Shown here: one piece after another, positions 14,051 to 28,762 of the stretch | How the letters are laid out: each line of letters opens with the position of its first letter | Position numbering within the stretch: the first letter of the stretch is position 1 | DNA from: Octopus vulgaris | Taxonomy: Eukaryota | Direction: 5' to 3' | NCBI GenBank assembly: GCA_951406725.2 | Contig: OX597818.1 | Location: forward strand, 32,612,001-32,676,000 | Length of the DNA stretch: 64,000 nt | Notes under the pieces: generated by a model | Told to the model about the DNA's origin: nothing | The model's input: only the letters and a program-made list of their open reading frames with translations | Database searches by the model: none | Program-made: the position numbers and the translations under genes

Positions 14051-14285
14051 GTGGGGTGGGTTCCTGCTTGAAGAAAAAGAATGCTACTGTGTAACACAAC
14101 AAACTATAATTCTTCTAAATTTTAAAACTATTAACGCTCACAATCTGCGACGAAGAACATCGTGCACTCTACACAGATTGTGCAATAAATCATCGTTAAT
14201 AATTTCACTGATTGTGGATGACAAGAATGTTCAACGTTTTATATCAAGTGAAATATTACCACAACAACACAATAATAACAATAAC

Positions 14286-14338
<53 letters not shown>

Positions 14339-14620
14339 CAATAACAACAACCATCAACAAAAACAGCAATACTAATCTTAATAACATTTAAAATAATAAT
14401 AAAGAAAAAAAAGAAAAGAAACATAAGATGTATGAAAAATTATGTCTCTTGATAATACATCATCGCAAATATTTCGAGTGTTTATAATACGAAAAATAGA
14501 AACCAATGGGGAAAAAAATATATAATTTACACCCCATTACATACAAAACAATGAATATTTTAAAAGTTATTAATTATTCCTACATTATATAAAACAGAAC
14601 TATTATTATTATCATCATCA

Positions 14621-14708
<88 letters not shown>

Positions 14709-14954
14709 GGGATTTTTTTAATTGTCTTGCAATCAGAGGAATGTTTATAATTGGTCGGCTATGTAGCTCTGGAATTAGCCGTAATCAGTATAATTTATTG
14801 CTATAAACATATAACCTCTCCCAAACAAAGTTATTTTTTTTTACATCCATCCAGATACCAAATAACTGAAAACGATCAAAAATGAAGGGAAAAAACCAAT
14901 TATAAAGAGTAAATAAATACACGCATTCACATATATATTTACACATTTGTGCGT

Positions 14955-14985
<31 letters not shown>

Positions 14986-15172
14986 TATGTATAATTATGA
15001 ATGTGTGTATATATATGTGTGGGTATGTGCATGTATATATACATATGTATATATAAGTATATAAATATGCATGTATATATATATGTATGTATATATATAT
15101 GTGAGTGTGTGTGTGTGTGTGCGTGTATGTGTGTGAATAACTATCTGACTGCACATATACATACATACATAC

Positions 15173-15231
<59 letters not shown>

Positions 15232-18200
15232 TGAGTGTGTGTAAGCATACATATTCCCGCGTATATTTTCATATATATATACTTATTTGAGCGTGTGCAA
15301 ATATGTCTGGATTTATGCATGAATACATGTATGTAAATGCTATCAGAGTATTAATAAATCTAAATTGCTTCAAACATTGTTCGCATTGAAGAACGTTGTA
15401 GGTATATTTCGTTATTCTATGCCTGTCTCTATGTATACAAACATCCGTACATGTGCATGTATATATGTGTTTGTGCTCATGTATGTGCTGTTGGCGATTT
15501 CTTTTCCTTCTTCCCTAACCCTGGACTTTTCCCTTTCGCCTTTCCGACTAGGCGCTATGCACGAAACGTCAAACCTTCTCTTTTCACCGAGCGTCAAGCT
15601 GATACATTCCTTATGTACGTCCTCGTTGTCCGCCAATTTTACTCGTTTATTTGAAGCGATTATTTGAATTTACTATATATTAAGATATAGATAGAGAGAT
15701 ATATTTCTTTATTGGCCACGCAGGGCTGAACACAGATGGGACAAAATACAAAGTAGAGCTTTTCTTTTTGGGAAGAAGAGAAGGAAAAAAGTGGGTCGAA
15801 TTCCGATCAAAAGGGATCGTGAAAAAAGAAAGTGGGGACGATCAATAGGGATCGTGTATCACAGAAATGTCAATGTAAAAAGGGGAAACAGATTAGGTTT
15901 ATCCGTGGATAAAAAAGCCTACGGAAAAGATCACGGAAACCTTGGGCAATAGTGTCATGCAAAAAGAAAACATATTACAATAAGTGGCTCTCTTTTTTCC
16001 TTTCGTTTTTTTTTTCTTTTTAGTTCACAGGATTATGCTCAAGCTGGCAGCGTCATTCACACGTGCCATCCTTGCTACATTCACCTATCTTCTTTTGAAA
16101 CATTCACTAGATAAAACTTCCCTCTCTACTCTCACCTTCCTCGTCAATAGATAGATAGATAGATAGACAGAAACACATGTGCGAGTGTGTGTGTGTGTGT
16201 GTTTGTCCACACCATCACTTGACAACACAACCAGTGTTGGTGTGTTCACGGATCCGTACTTAGCGGTTCGGCAAAAGAAGGTCGATGAAATAAGTGCAAG
16301 GCTTGAAAAACAATGAGTACTGGGGTCGATTCATTCGACTAAATATTCTTCAATGCGGTGCCCCAGCATGGCCGCAGCCTAATAACTGAAACAAGTAAAA
16401 GAAACGATAAAATATACTTTCCTTTACGCTATGCGCATTTTATAAATTTTGTTACTACATAAAATATAAAACAGTCATAAAATACGTGCCACTTTTTAAG
16501 TAGTTCAGAGTGTACGTTTATATATTTTTGAAGTCATGGAAACGTTTGGAAAACAATTGACGTTTTATCTCTTATTTCACATTCATTTCGCACGTAATAT
16601 AAATGCGCAAGAAACCAATTAATTTGATATCTGTTTCTCCCCACTCCAACCCTCCCAAATATTCATATGGGTGCGCATATATATATATATGTAATGTAGT
16701 GTTCATATGTAAATAGGTGTATATATTTGTCTGTATGTGTGTCTTTGTATACATACATACATACATTCCCCTTCACACGCAAGCATGCCGACAAACATGC
16801 CCCCGTGTTCTATTTTAACGTATGCTGTTTAGATACATGTTGCTGCAATTAATGCAATGCTATATTACTCAACTGCTGGCACACAGCGACACCCTAACAC
16901 CCCATACCCTTACATAGACATATGGATATATTAAAACTGTATCTCTTTGAACATAAAGGGAATGAGCTATCTAAAGTATTAACTGATTGATCTTTCTTAT
17001 ACAATTATAATCAGTAAAAAATTTCTTCAAATATTAGAAAAAAAAATTGATCTTTAAATTTTTAAATCTAGCGACACCGTTTAGATCCAATTATCAGATT
17101 AAAAATTCGATGCTTTCATCACAAGGAATCTAGCAATTGATATTATCGGGCCATCCCATAAGTTCTGTCCGATTTTACCTTTTTTAAAATTGAATGAAAT
17201 TGAATAGTATTTTGGAATTAAAAATTATTTTTATGCATTTGTGTACATTTAAACTAATTAAATATTATTTTACAGAATAATAGAATTAAAATTTCTTTGA
17301 TTAAAACCCTTTCTAACATGGAAGTATCCAAAGAGCATTTAAGGCACATAATGCTTTATGAGTACAAAAAAGGAAACTCTGCAGCCGAAGCGACTCGAAA
17401 CATACACTCAGTTTATGGGAAAGAATGCTTGAATGAAAGAACTTGCAGAAGATGGTTTGCAAAATTCAGAAGTGGAGATTTCAGCCTTGAAGATGAAGAT
17501 CGAACAGGACGTCCAGTTGAGTTTGATGATAAGCTCCTTGAGGATACTTGAAGAAAATCCTGCATTATCAGTTGAAGAATTGGCAATAAAGCTTAGTTCA
17601 AACCATACAACTGTTCATCGTCATCTTCAACAACTTGGAAAGGTTCCTAAACTTGGAAAATGGGTGCCTCATGAATTGTCCGAAAGCAACCGCAAATCCC
17701 GAGTTGACATCTGCTCTTCTCTCCATTCTCGCGAACTCATTTCACCCTTTTGGATAGACTTGTGACTGGTGACGAAAAATGGATCTTCTATCGAAATGTT
17801 AAATGTCGTAAACAGTGGCTTGGTAAAAGGGAAAAAGCTCAACCACAACCGAGAAGGGAACTTCATGGGGAAAAAGGTTCTTCTCTCTATCTGGTGGGAT
17901 TGCAAAGGAGTAATTCACTTTGAATTGTTACCACCTAATGCAACAATCAATGCTCAAGTCTACTGTCAGCAATTAGAGCGTTTGAACCAAGCTTTGAAGA
18001 AAAAAGACCCGCTTTAGTGAATCGAAAAGGAGTGATGTTTCATCAGGACAATGCGCGACCCCACACTGCAAAGATCACATCAGAGAAGATCGAAGAGCTT
18101 GGTTGGAAAAAAATTCCTCATCCACCTTATTCTCTTGACGTTGCTCCCTCAGACTACCATATGTTTCGTAATTTACAGAATCATTTGGGGGATATAACTT

Positions 18201-21200
18201 TCGCACGCAAGGAGGAGGTCGAAACTGGCATATCAGAGTTCTTCGCTTTGAAACCAAAAGAGTTTTACATTGATAGGATTAAAAAGCTTGTAAGTAGATA
18301 GGAGGAAGTCATAGATAATCAGAGAAAGTACATTGATGATTAAATTTCAATTAAATATAATATTTGATCATTTGTTTTCTTTATGCAAAATTCGGACAGA
18401 ACTTATGGGATGACCTGATACTTTCGTATTTACATTTTATAACTTTATCTCATTTCCACTAATTTTCAATATGCTCCATTGTCACAGCTGCTATATTCAG
18501 ATTACTGTAGACTGATATCTTCTCCACGAAAGTCTACAGTTTTATTGTAGAAAGTCTATACATTATACACGGTCACAAATATTTAATAATTCTTCTTCGA
18601 CTGCCTTGTGAATGACAGCCACAGCAACTCACAGCCAGTCGATAAATATAAAATAGTAGATAAATTTCCAAGCAAGCTAGTTCAGTTTCCATCAGCTCTT
18701 ATAAAACCCACCAGTTTTATACCTCTCCCATTTTACGAGTCATTTACGCATTCATATATACAGTGCCTTTATCTCGTATATCTTCTCCTATCCATAATCT
18801 CGATGCTTTCATCACAGTCAATCTATCAATTGATATTACTTTCATATTCACATTTTATAACTTTACCACATTTCCACTTATTTCAAATATGCCCGCATTG
18901 TGACAGCCGCTATATTCAGATTACTGTCGTTTGATATCTTGTGCACGAAAGTCTACAGTTATTACATATTATACGGTCACTGATATTTAATAAATTCTTC
19001 CTTGGCTGCATTCTGAATGACAGCCACAACTACCCACAGCCAGTCGATTAATATAACAGACATAGTCAGTTGATAAATTTTCAAACAAGCTAGTTCAGTT
19101 GCCATCAGCGAAAAACAAGTTTGCTCAGTTACCACCAGCCCTTATAAAACGCACCAGCTTTATATGTCTCTCCCATTTTACGAGTCATTTACGCATATAT
19201 ATATACAGTGTATTTTTCTCTTACATCTTCCCATATCCATGATCACTCAATCTATCGTTTACATCTAAAACCAGTTAACATCGCCATTAATAACTTCAAA
19301 ATTTCCTGCGACAGTGACACACAGCCTCGAGACAAGAACCGTGTAAATGTCAAGGCTTTTAACCATATTTTCTTTCAAATGTACGTATGATAAACCACCT
19401 TCTTCCATGACCTATATAGTCGCTGAAACGTGGCAATTATCTTCCTCGTGTCACGTCTTTAGTCCACGTGGTATCATATATCTTCGGTACTTTGTGTCTT
19501 GCTATCGACGTCTTAATGACGCGGTACTTTTTCAACTACACGAGAATAACATTATGTTCCAGTCATCTCATCACTTATTTTTGAAGGCGAAAATAGAAAT
19601 TGATGAGGAGAGAAATATGTGCGACTAGGAAAAAGAGAATGGGGGATGAAATTAGAGGCATTATGATATAATATTAGCAACCGTCCCTTAGAAATACAGG
19701 CATGTGTGTATGTATCTATGTACATTTGTGTGTGTGTGTGTGTATATGTTTGTGTGATTTATAAGGCACGGATTTTAAATATATATATATATTATATTTA
19801 TATATATGTAACTATAAATCTTTGTATATGTGCATATATCTATGTGTATTTATCTATAGCTCTGCCTGATTGTATGTCAATCTATCCATTTGTCTATCAA
19901 TGTCTGTATATGTATGTACGCATATATACATACATGTTTGCGTGAATGTGTACGGCTGTCACTACACATATATATTTATGTATGTGCATATACATTATAT
20001 ACATACATGCGTATATATATATGTGTGTGTCTGTGTGTGTGCGTGTGTGTGTGTGTGTATTTATGTATGTGTGTATATTTGTGCATATACATATATATAC
20101 GTATAGCAGTATGTTTGTATGTATATATATGCATATTGACATCTGTATGTGTGTGTTTGTGCGTGTGTGCGAGCGTGCATGTATTCACATACATAAATTT
20201 ATACATAAACGCATGTGTGTGTGTGTGTATGTGTGTGAGTGTGTGTGTGTGTACATACATGCGTGTGATGGATGAGACTCGAATACGAGCTATATATCAT
20301 CATGAGCAGCACGTAAGTGGCCTATCAGTTCTCCTATGGACCTAGGATCTAGTCGGGTTGGCTGCCAGCATCAATTCTATTGGAATTGATTTAATATTCA
20401 GTGTAATGATACGCTTTTATTGGTTATTGAACGACTTGAAAATCATTTTCGTTATAAATCAATAAGTAAAGGGTTATTAGCAATTAAAGTTCGAAAATTT
20501 TGGTAATTTAAGCTAATCGTAAACCACAGACACGTTCGTTTCTTTTTGCCATTGTGTTAGTTTTGAGGTGAGCTAAAAATGACAGCTAAATAATTTTTTT
20601 TTTCGAGAAAGTGGCTGTGCGGTAAGTAGCTTGCTTACCAACCACATGGTTCCGAGTTCTGTCCCACTGTGTGGAACCTTCGGCAAGTGTCTTCTACTAT
20701 AGCCTCAGGCCGACCAAAGCCTTGTGAATGGATTTGGTAGACGGAAACTGAAAGAAGCCCGTTGTATATATATATATATGTGCGTGTGTGTATTTGTGTT
20801 GTGTGTGTTTGTGCGTCTGTTTTTGTCCCCCCCCCCCACCATCGCTTGACAACCGATGTTGGTGTGGTTACGTCCCCGTAACTTAGCGGTTCGGCAAAAG
20901 ACACCGATAAAATAAGTACTAGGCTTACAAAGAATAAGTAAGTCCTGTGGGCGATTTCGTCGACTAAAGGCGATGCTCCAGCTTGGATGCAGTCAAATAA
21001 CTGAAATAGATAAAAGAATAAAAGGATTTATTCGCATGAAAGAAAATTACTGGAAATCTTTCACCTAATTCTTCCAAATCTTTCTGTTAAAACTCGTATA
21101 TTTGTGGGGGAAAAAATTGTAACGTGTTGTTCGTCGCATTTGTATTAAATGCATATTGAATGCTTAAAACTACTTCTTTAATCGTTTCTTTTTGTCATTG

Positions 21201-22384
21201 AGGTGATTGCGATGTGTGCTAAAAATAACAGCTAAACGACGTTTTTTGGATAAATCTTTTAAGTTCGTGCTATCGCATTAAATACATATTAAATGCTTCA
21301 AACTACGTTAAATGCTTCAAACACGCGTTTACAAATATTGACAAAACGTGCAATTTTCAGGATACTGACGACAAAATGTGCAGTCACGCACAAAATGATA
21401 GCTTCCTGTTTCCTGACTGAGCGAGAATAATCAAACTTTAAGACCTCTATAACTTTTTTTCTTAAAAACATTTTTCTGGAAAAGGTGAAATAATAACTCC
21501 AGCAATTCAACTTAGAAGAGTATATTGCTGTGCCAAATTCTAAAATTTTCGATAAACTTTAATTTTTGAAATGCTGGCAAACAAACCAACTAGATCCGGG
21601 ACCTACACTCTTTTGCACATGCTACGGTGACTGCTTCTTGTAGTAGACATTCAGAGATCTTACCACCCACTTTAACACATGCCTTCATTCCATCGTGTCT
21701 TTTTTCGGCTATGGCCAGCCATATAAGCAACACATGACAGAGATGTTAAAAAATCAAGGTATGCATCAGCTGCAACCTTTCAAAGGGAAAGAAAGTCTTG
21801 CACAGGATCAGTGCCACTCTCTAAACATCATTTGCATTTGCCCAAAATGGTGGACTACTTTACATTTTTGGATGCAAGCGAAGTTGCAGTTGTTATATCG
21901 TTCCCCGAGATAGACGCTTAAACAAAGACTGCTTGGTAGGAAGGATTGTTTGCTTAGAAGCTGGAGGTCAGACGATACGTAAACATCTTTATAACAAACA
22001 AACACACACAAACAAACACACACACACACACACACATTGCGGAATATTCTGTGATGGCATGATCAACAAGAAAGTACTACGTGGGAAAATCTAAGATCGC
22101 AAATTAGTTAACGTGGGTGACCGAATTATATACATAAAGCTGTAGCTTTGTATGTCTGTTTAGAGTTGCCTCTCTTAGGTACATCCCATCGAAAATAGCC
22201 AACAAGCTTGAAACATCAATGTCTGAGATTCCCAATAGATGGCGACACTGAACGGTCAATGTGTTTTTACATCTTTTTTTGCCTAATACTCCTCATATAT
22301 ATAATAAATATACATACGTGTGTTAATTCTGATTTGTACCCATACGAATTCTCAACAAAGATTTGTATAAGTCTGATATATGTG

Positions 22385-22441
<57 letters not shown>

Positions 22442-22498
22442 GTATGTGTGTGTATGTATGTATGTATGTATATATATATATATATATATATATGTACA

Positions 22499-22550
<52 letters not shown>

Positions 22551-23429
22551 CATACATACATATATATATATATGTATATATACATATATATATATATACA
22601 TACATACATATATGTATATATATATATGTATATATACATATATATATATATGTATATATACATATATATATATATACATACATACATATATATATATAAA
22701 CATATATATATACGTGTGTGTGTGGAGAGAGAGCGAGAGAGCGAGAATAAGGGGAAGGTGAGTGAAAGAAAAGAAACAGAAAGTAAGAGGTTATAAAAAT
22801 GTAGAGCATTTCAAAATTCAGTAAAGAATAATGGATGTAAAAAAAATATCTCTCGATATACGAATTTCACCTGATTATAGCAGGATGGTTTTGAAATATG
22901 TTTAATATGTCCTCGAGAAAAAGTAAATCACGTTATATGCTGAGACAACAGAATATAAGTAATGTGTATACATATAATTTTGTATGTGTGTGTGCGCGTG
23001 TGTATGTGTGCGTGCGCGTGGATGTGTGTGTGCTTCATGTTTACACACACACAAGCACTCACATATATTATATATGTAAGTGTATGTATAAATGTGTGTT
23101 TATTATATGTACACACACACACATGTGTATATATTAATATATTACATACACTTACAGAAATATATATTTGCGTGCGTTTGTGTTTATACATATATTTGTT
23201 TGTATGTATATTTGTGGGTGATTGTGTGTATGTGTGTGTGTGTGCGGGCATGTGTGTGTGCGGGCATGTGTGTGTATGTATAACAATGAAATAAAGGTAC
23301 ACTTTGAAATATGTACACATTTGTATGAGTGTCAACAGAAATTATTACACACGCATACACACGCTCGAGCACTCGAAAAATACAAACTTAAATATAATTT
23401 TCGTCTTTTTACACACACACACGCACACA

Positions 23430-23474
<45 letters not shown>

Positions 23475-26400
23475 TACATACATAAATGTACATATAAAAG
23501 TATGATTTCTGTTAAATGTTTATCGATATTTTAAATCTCGATAAATTGTTGAAATAAATATAATTTTCTATCAATCTCATGCACTGCTAATAGAAGGGAA
23601 AAAATATATAATTTATCGCTGCCTCATTGCATTCTTTCTTTCCTTTTTCTTTTCTTTTTTTTTTTTGTACATTTCCACTATCTTTCTTCTAATCTCTCTT
23701 TATCACCATTTGACTCTTTCTTACTTTCTGTCTTTCTTTCTTACTCTCTCTCTCTCTCTCTCTCTTATTCTATTGTTTGGAAATAAAATAAATGTGAGAA
23801 ACGAAACAAACAAGTAGAACGTAGCGAACGTATCTATAGAGATAGGTATCAAAAATAGAATCGTATATATTTCTTTCTGCAAGAGACTTTTTAGTCGTCT
23901 TATCTATCACTACACTCGTCGCCCTAAACATTTACCATCATCACCATCGACGTTTTCGGCATTTTTGTTAGTAATTTAACATTTTGAATATAAATACAAA
24001 TCTTTTTTTTATTATTGGACACAAAGGTTCTACACCTTTGGGGACAGCCAGAAAGAAAAAAAAAAAAGAACTATGATAGCCGGAGTGTAGATCGATTAAA
24101 ACGAAAGTGAAACAGCTCAATTGATAATAATACAGGTAAAAAATAAACCTATTACACATTGGCAGCAACAAGGTACCGAAAGCTTTTGACTGATTAAAAT
24201 TGATCAATACGCCAGTTGTCTTCCTGTCATGCTCTACAGCAGGGGTGGGCAAACTTTTTTGATCGCGGGCCGCACAGTGCGTCTTTGGAACCTTGGCGGG
24301 CCTCATTTATAAAAATCAAGTGAAAATATTGTGAATTACCGTACAGTTACGAAGTATCTGCATAGAAGTTGGGATTCATAAAAGCTCTCGGCGGGCCGCA
24401 TGAAAACCTATGGCGGGCCGCATGCGGCCCGCGGGCCGTAGTTTGCCCACCCCTGCTCTACAGTGTATCGTATTAGGTGTAGACTGTTGTACATAGATCT
24501 GTTGGGGATCGCACAGGTTTATGCCTCTGCGACAAGTGCCTGTTGTTTGGTGAACGCCTTTTATCAAAATTTTCAATACTATTTTTTTGTCACAGATATG
24601 GTCCCGAAGTTACCCGTTACGTATCTCTTGTTCGAATCCTTTCTTAGTTCCGAAGAATAGGAATGTGAGTGTTCCCTGGCAGTAACGAATAATTCTCTCA
24701 TGTAGCAATAAATTTCACAAGAGAGATCTGCCAGCCACGGTGATTTGCTTTTCACACAGAAACATAACATATACGATATTTCATTTGCTGGAATAAGATA
24801 TTTACAGCACTTGGCGACTTTAATCGAGAGTCGCTGCTGACCATCTACTTAGGCATGGTCGTCTACCGCATTCAGACGTAGAGTGCCAGCAAACAATTCA
24901 TCAAGTGTTGCTGCAAAGCCATATGTAACTGTTTTGAATTGGATAGCATGCGCTCGCTATGATCCAACAGAGAATGAAAAGCGCATTTGTTTCCCCGATG
25001 TACCTCTGCCACCACACTAATTGAACAGATTTCACTCCTTAGTCTTTCAATGCAATGTGTCCTAGCAAGGACAACGCAAACAGACCTCTAGCATGCCGTA
25101 GGGTAAACCCTTTAATGCTCCTAATCTAATCGACTGACATGTTCCTATGGCAATGTCCGGTTATGTAAGGTTCCTTTTCAAAGTTATCTCTGCAGATTTT
25201 CTATAGAAATTAGGGCCAGCTCTGAAAGTTACGAGGTTTCGTATACGAATACGTCTACGTAAACAATGCGAAGATAGAACAATAGATTATGGTTGTATAT
25301 GCATATTTCAAGAATTATTGCACTTTCTTCAGCACCACATTCAACACATTAAACATCCACAAACATATTGTTTAAATAGCCACCAAATATAGACGTGTAA
25401 CATAACAGGATATACTAATTTACATATTAATTGCTAGTAGGGACACCGTATTTCGTTATACTAAGTATATTTAGTCAGTACAGCTAACACAGGTGGGGCA
25501 CAGTCTTGTCACATGAGCCTTAAATATACTTGGTAGAATATTATGATTGCATAACGAAATGCGGCTTCCCTACCAGCAAGTGATAGTTGCATAAAAGTAC
25601 TTCTTTGCTAAAGATAATGGATATTGGTTTAATTTAGTGTGACCCATCCTCTGCTTCTGATAATGATCTTGAGAACTTAAAGTTTCGTATTATGTCAAGA
25701 ATTTAAAGAGGTCTCCATGTTTTATTGATAAACACCTTAAAATCAGTGTTCGTGAATACTATGTTGTTCGTTATGTACGAATAAATACTGGTTTTACCTA
25801 GCTTGCAGATAATGAGATTTTTTCTTAACTTCGTGTTTTTTCCCCAGTCCCCTCAACGTTCTTTTAACCTTGTCTCTACGGGCAACTGAGGGCAATTGCA
25901 TTGCCAATTACGCCAGTGGGCACTACCTCAAATTATCATTCACCTAACAGTGAAATGTTTGTCTAGAGTTTCCTGAAGCTCGATATTACCTTAGTTGTCA
26001 ATACATCAATGTCTTAATCGTTGACCAGATAAGACAAGGTAAATCAACTAACATACATTCACATTTACTGATAGAGATCATAAGTCCTGTAGCTGGTCAG
26101 CTTGTACGGGTTCAACTAGGGAATACATTGTTTTCACTAAATTTATATACACCTAGCCACAAATTGGTAGAATCAATGACTCACCAGGGTTCACGTTATA
26201 CACCAGGAAGTTGAACACAAAAGCTAATTAATGAAGCCCTTAATCAACCCCCTATATTTTCGTAGTTTGCAAGTGATATATTGTTTCTGTACAGATATGT
26301 TTGATAACTTGTTGTATATATTTAAAAGTTTGTTAGAGAATCAGTCTACGCTGATCAATGGCTTGTAAATGCCTGCGTGTATTCATATGTATGTGTACTG

Positions 26401-27025
26401 GAGTGTGTGTGGGTGTATATTGCATTTCTATAACTTTAATATGCTTTGTTTGCGTACGTGTGTGTATATATATATGCGGGAATATATGAGTATTTCACAT
26501 ATCTCAGTATTTATGCATGTGTGCATGTGCGTATGCATGCATAATTTATAGTGTGTGCATCTCAGAAAGTATAAATTTCTTGAAGCTGGCAAACGAAATA
26601 TAATGAAACTTCAGGTGCCTGTATCTTCTGCTTAACCATTCATAACGAATACTAACCCGAAACAGATAATTAGCTCTATTCACTTACACAGAGCAAGACA
26701 ATTGGAGAGTGTGACTGTCATGAATTTGTCACCACACAAATTTCAAATAGCTCCAGATAGAACTCAAATTTCTTTCTGTCTGTCTGTCTGTCTATCTGCT
26801 TGTCCGTGTGAGTATGTGTGCGAGTGTTCCTGCTTGTCTTTCACTATCTATTTTTATATCTATCTATTACTAATGAAACCATTCGTGACACTCAATACGG
26901 CCGTAATGATTTACTAACTAATACACATATGCACACATACACACATGCACACGCTCGCGCCCACACGATTGTGTTTGTGTGTGTATATATATATATGTAT
27001 ATATTTGTATGTATGTCTGTGCGTG

Positions 27026-27073
<48 letters not shown>

Positions 27074-28730
27074 GTTAGTCCAAATAAGAAAGCACCAAAA
27101 AAACCCCACAACAACGCGAGGACGTGGAACAAATATAGTATTATTGGACGCTCAGGAAAGAAGGAAAGAGCTCTTCGTCGGAAACATAGTAGAAGGTTAG
27201 ATCCAGAGAAGGGAAGACAGAGGAAAAAAATATATACATATACACGCACAAACACACATACATACGCGCATGCACAAATACACATAAAGAGATGCTAATG
27301 TGTGTGCTCGCACAAATTCACGAATATATACATATATACATGTGTGTGTAAGTGTGTGTGTGTAAAAATATATTTGTGTGTGAGTATTTTGCTATGAGTG
27401 CGGTGTTGTAAACGTTTGTTATATATTATGCGTCTGTACGTTGGTTGGGTAACACGTGCGTATACTAGCAGCTGCTTCGTAGGATCAATGGGGCCTTCTG
27501 TATAGAGTTAGACTGAAATTCCCTTTTCTCCCCTTTAAAGCAGAATCGGTGTTTAGATTTTATACTAACCAGTCAGTCATTCGAGTACAGACAGATTGTA
27601 TGTGTATATGTACATGTGTGTTGTTCTGGATGTGAACATATGCATCTGTGTGCCCTCTGCGCGTACGTGTATGTGTACTGGTTTGTCTCGGTATACCTGT
27701 ATTAGTGTTTATTAGTGTAACTGCGTATGCACTTGTGTATGGCGTGACATGATATATTCAGTGTTGATTTTACTAATTTGTTTATATTCAACCAGTGTAT
27801 AATTAATGACTGCAAGTCTATATAAGAAAACCTGTGTTTTTTCAGATGCTGGGCAACGGTACCCTTTTGATATCTAAGGTATTCATGGAAGACAAGGGGC
27901 GGTATGGCTGCACTGCAAACAATACGGCGGGTCTTCAACGCTACGAAGCTTACCTGGATGTTGCGAGTAAGTTGCTTTTGTTACGATTGCCTTCTTTTCT
28001 CCTTCGTTTGTTTAGTTTTTTTATTGTTGTTGTCGTTGTTACTTGTTCGTTCATGTGAAGGTGAATGGGGAAAGGAGAATTTCTTGAAGTTCAGTGATAA
28101 GAGAGACTTTTGTGATGTGATTAAAATAATGTCAGCCTGAAAGAAATGCAATTAGAATAATTTCGTTTCTTGACATGAATACATCAACAACAACAACAAC
28201 AACACCAGCAACAACAATTTTACGGTTAATTAATTTAAGAGAAGACTACACGTACAAATAGCTAAACTTCTGAAAAGGATCACGAGGGTGATTTTTTCTG
28301 AAAGCTAATATTTGGAAGCTAATACTTATCCATCAGGTAGCTAGCCGGTAGAGTCATTATCACGCCGGACAAAATGCTGCTTAGCAACATTTCTTCCGGC
28401 TCTTTACGTTCTGAGTTCAGATGCCGCCAAGATCGACTTTGCTTTGCCTTTTATATTTTCGCGGTCGGTGTAATAATGTACCAGCTGACCAATGGGGTTG
28501 ATTAAATAGAACTGACGCCTGCTCTGAGAATTGCTGGCTTCGCGTCAAAATTCGAAAAATATATTCGTTGGTGCAGGCGTTGCTGTGTCCATAAGAAGTT
28601 TACTTCCCAACCACATGGTTCCGGGTTCAATCCTACGGCGTGGCTCCTTGAGCGAGTGTTTTCTACGATAGTCTCGTGCCAGCCAAAGCTTTGTGAGCGG
28701 ATTTGGTAGACAGAAACGGAATGAAGCCCG

Positions 28731-28762
<32 letters not shown>

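Noticed and set aside
14049-14375. Poly-Asn ORF
   Set aside because: Translation of an (AAT)n microsatellite after a poly-T tract; not compatible with the PTK7 domain structure.
21590-21990. Coding-like stretch on the minus strand
   Set aside because: Multiple stops and no recognisable motif; possibly an old TE relic, but it cannot be classified.
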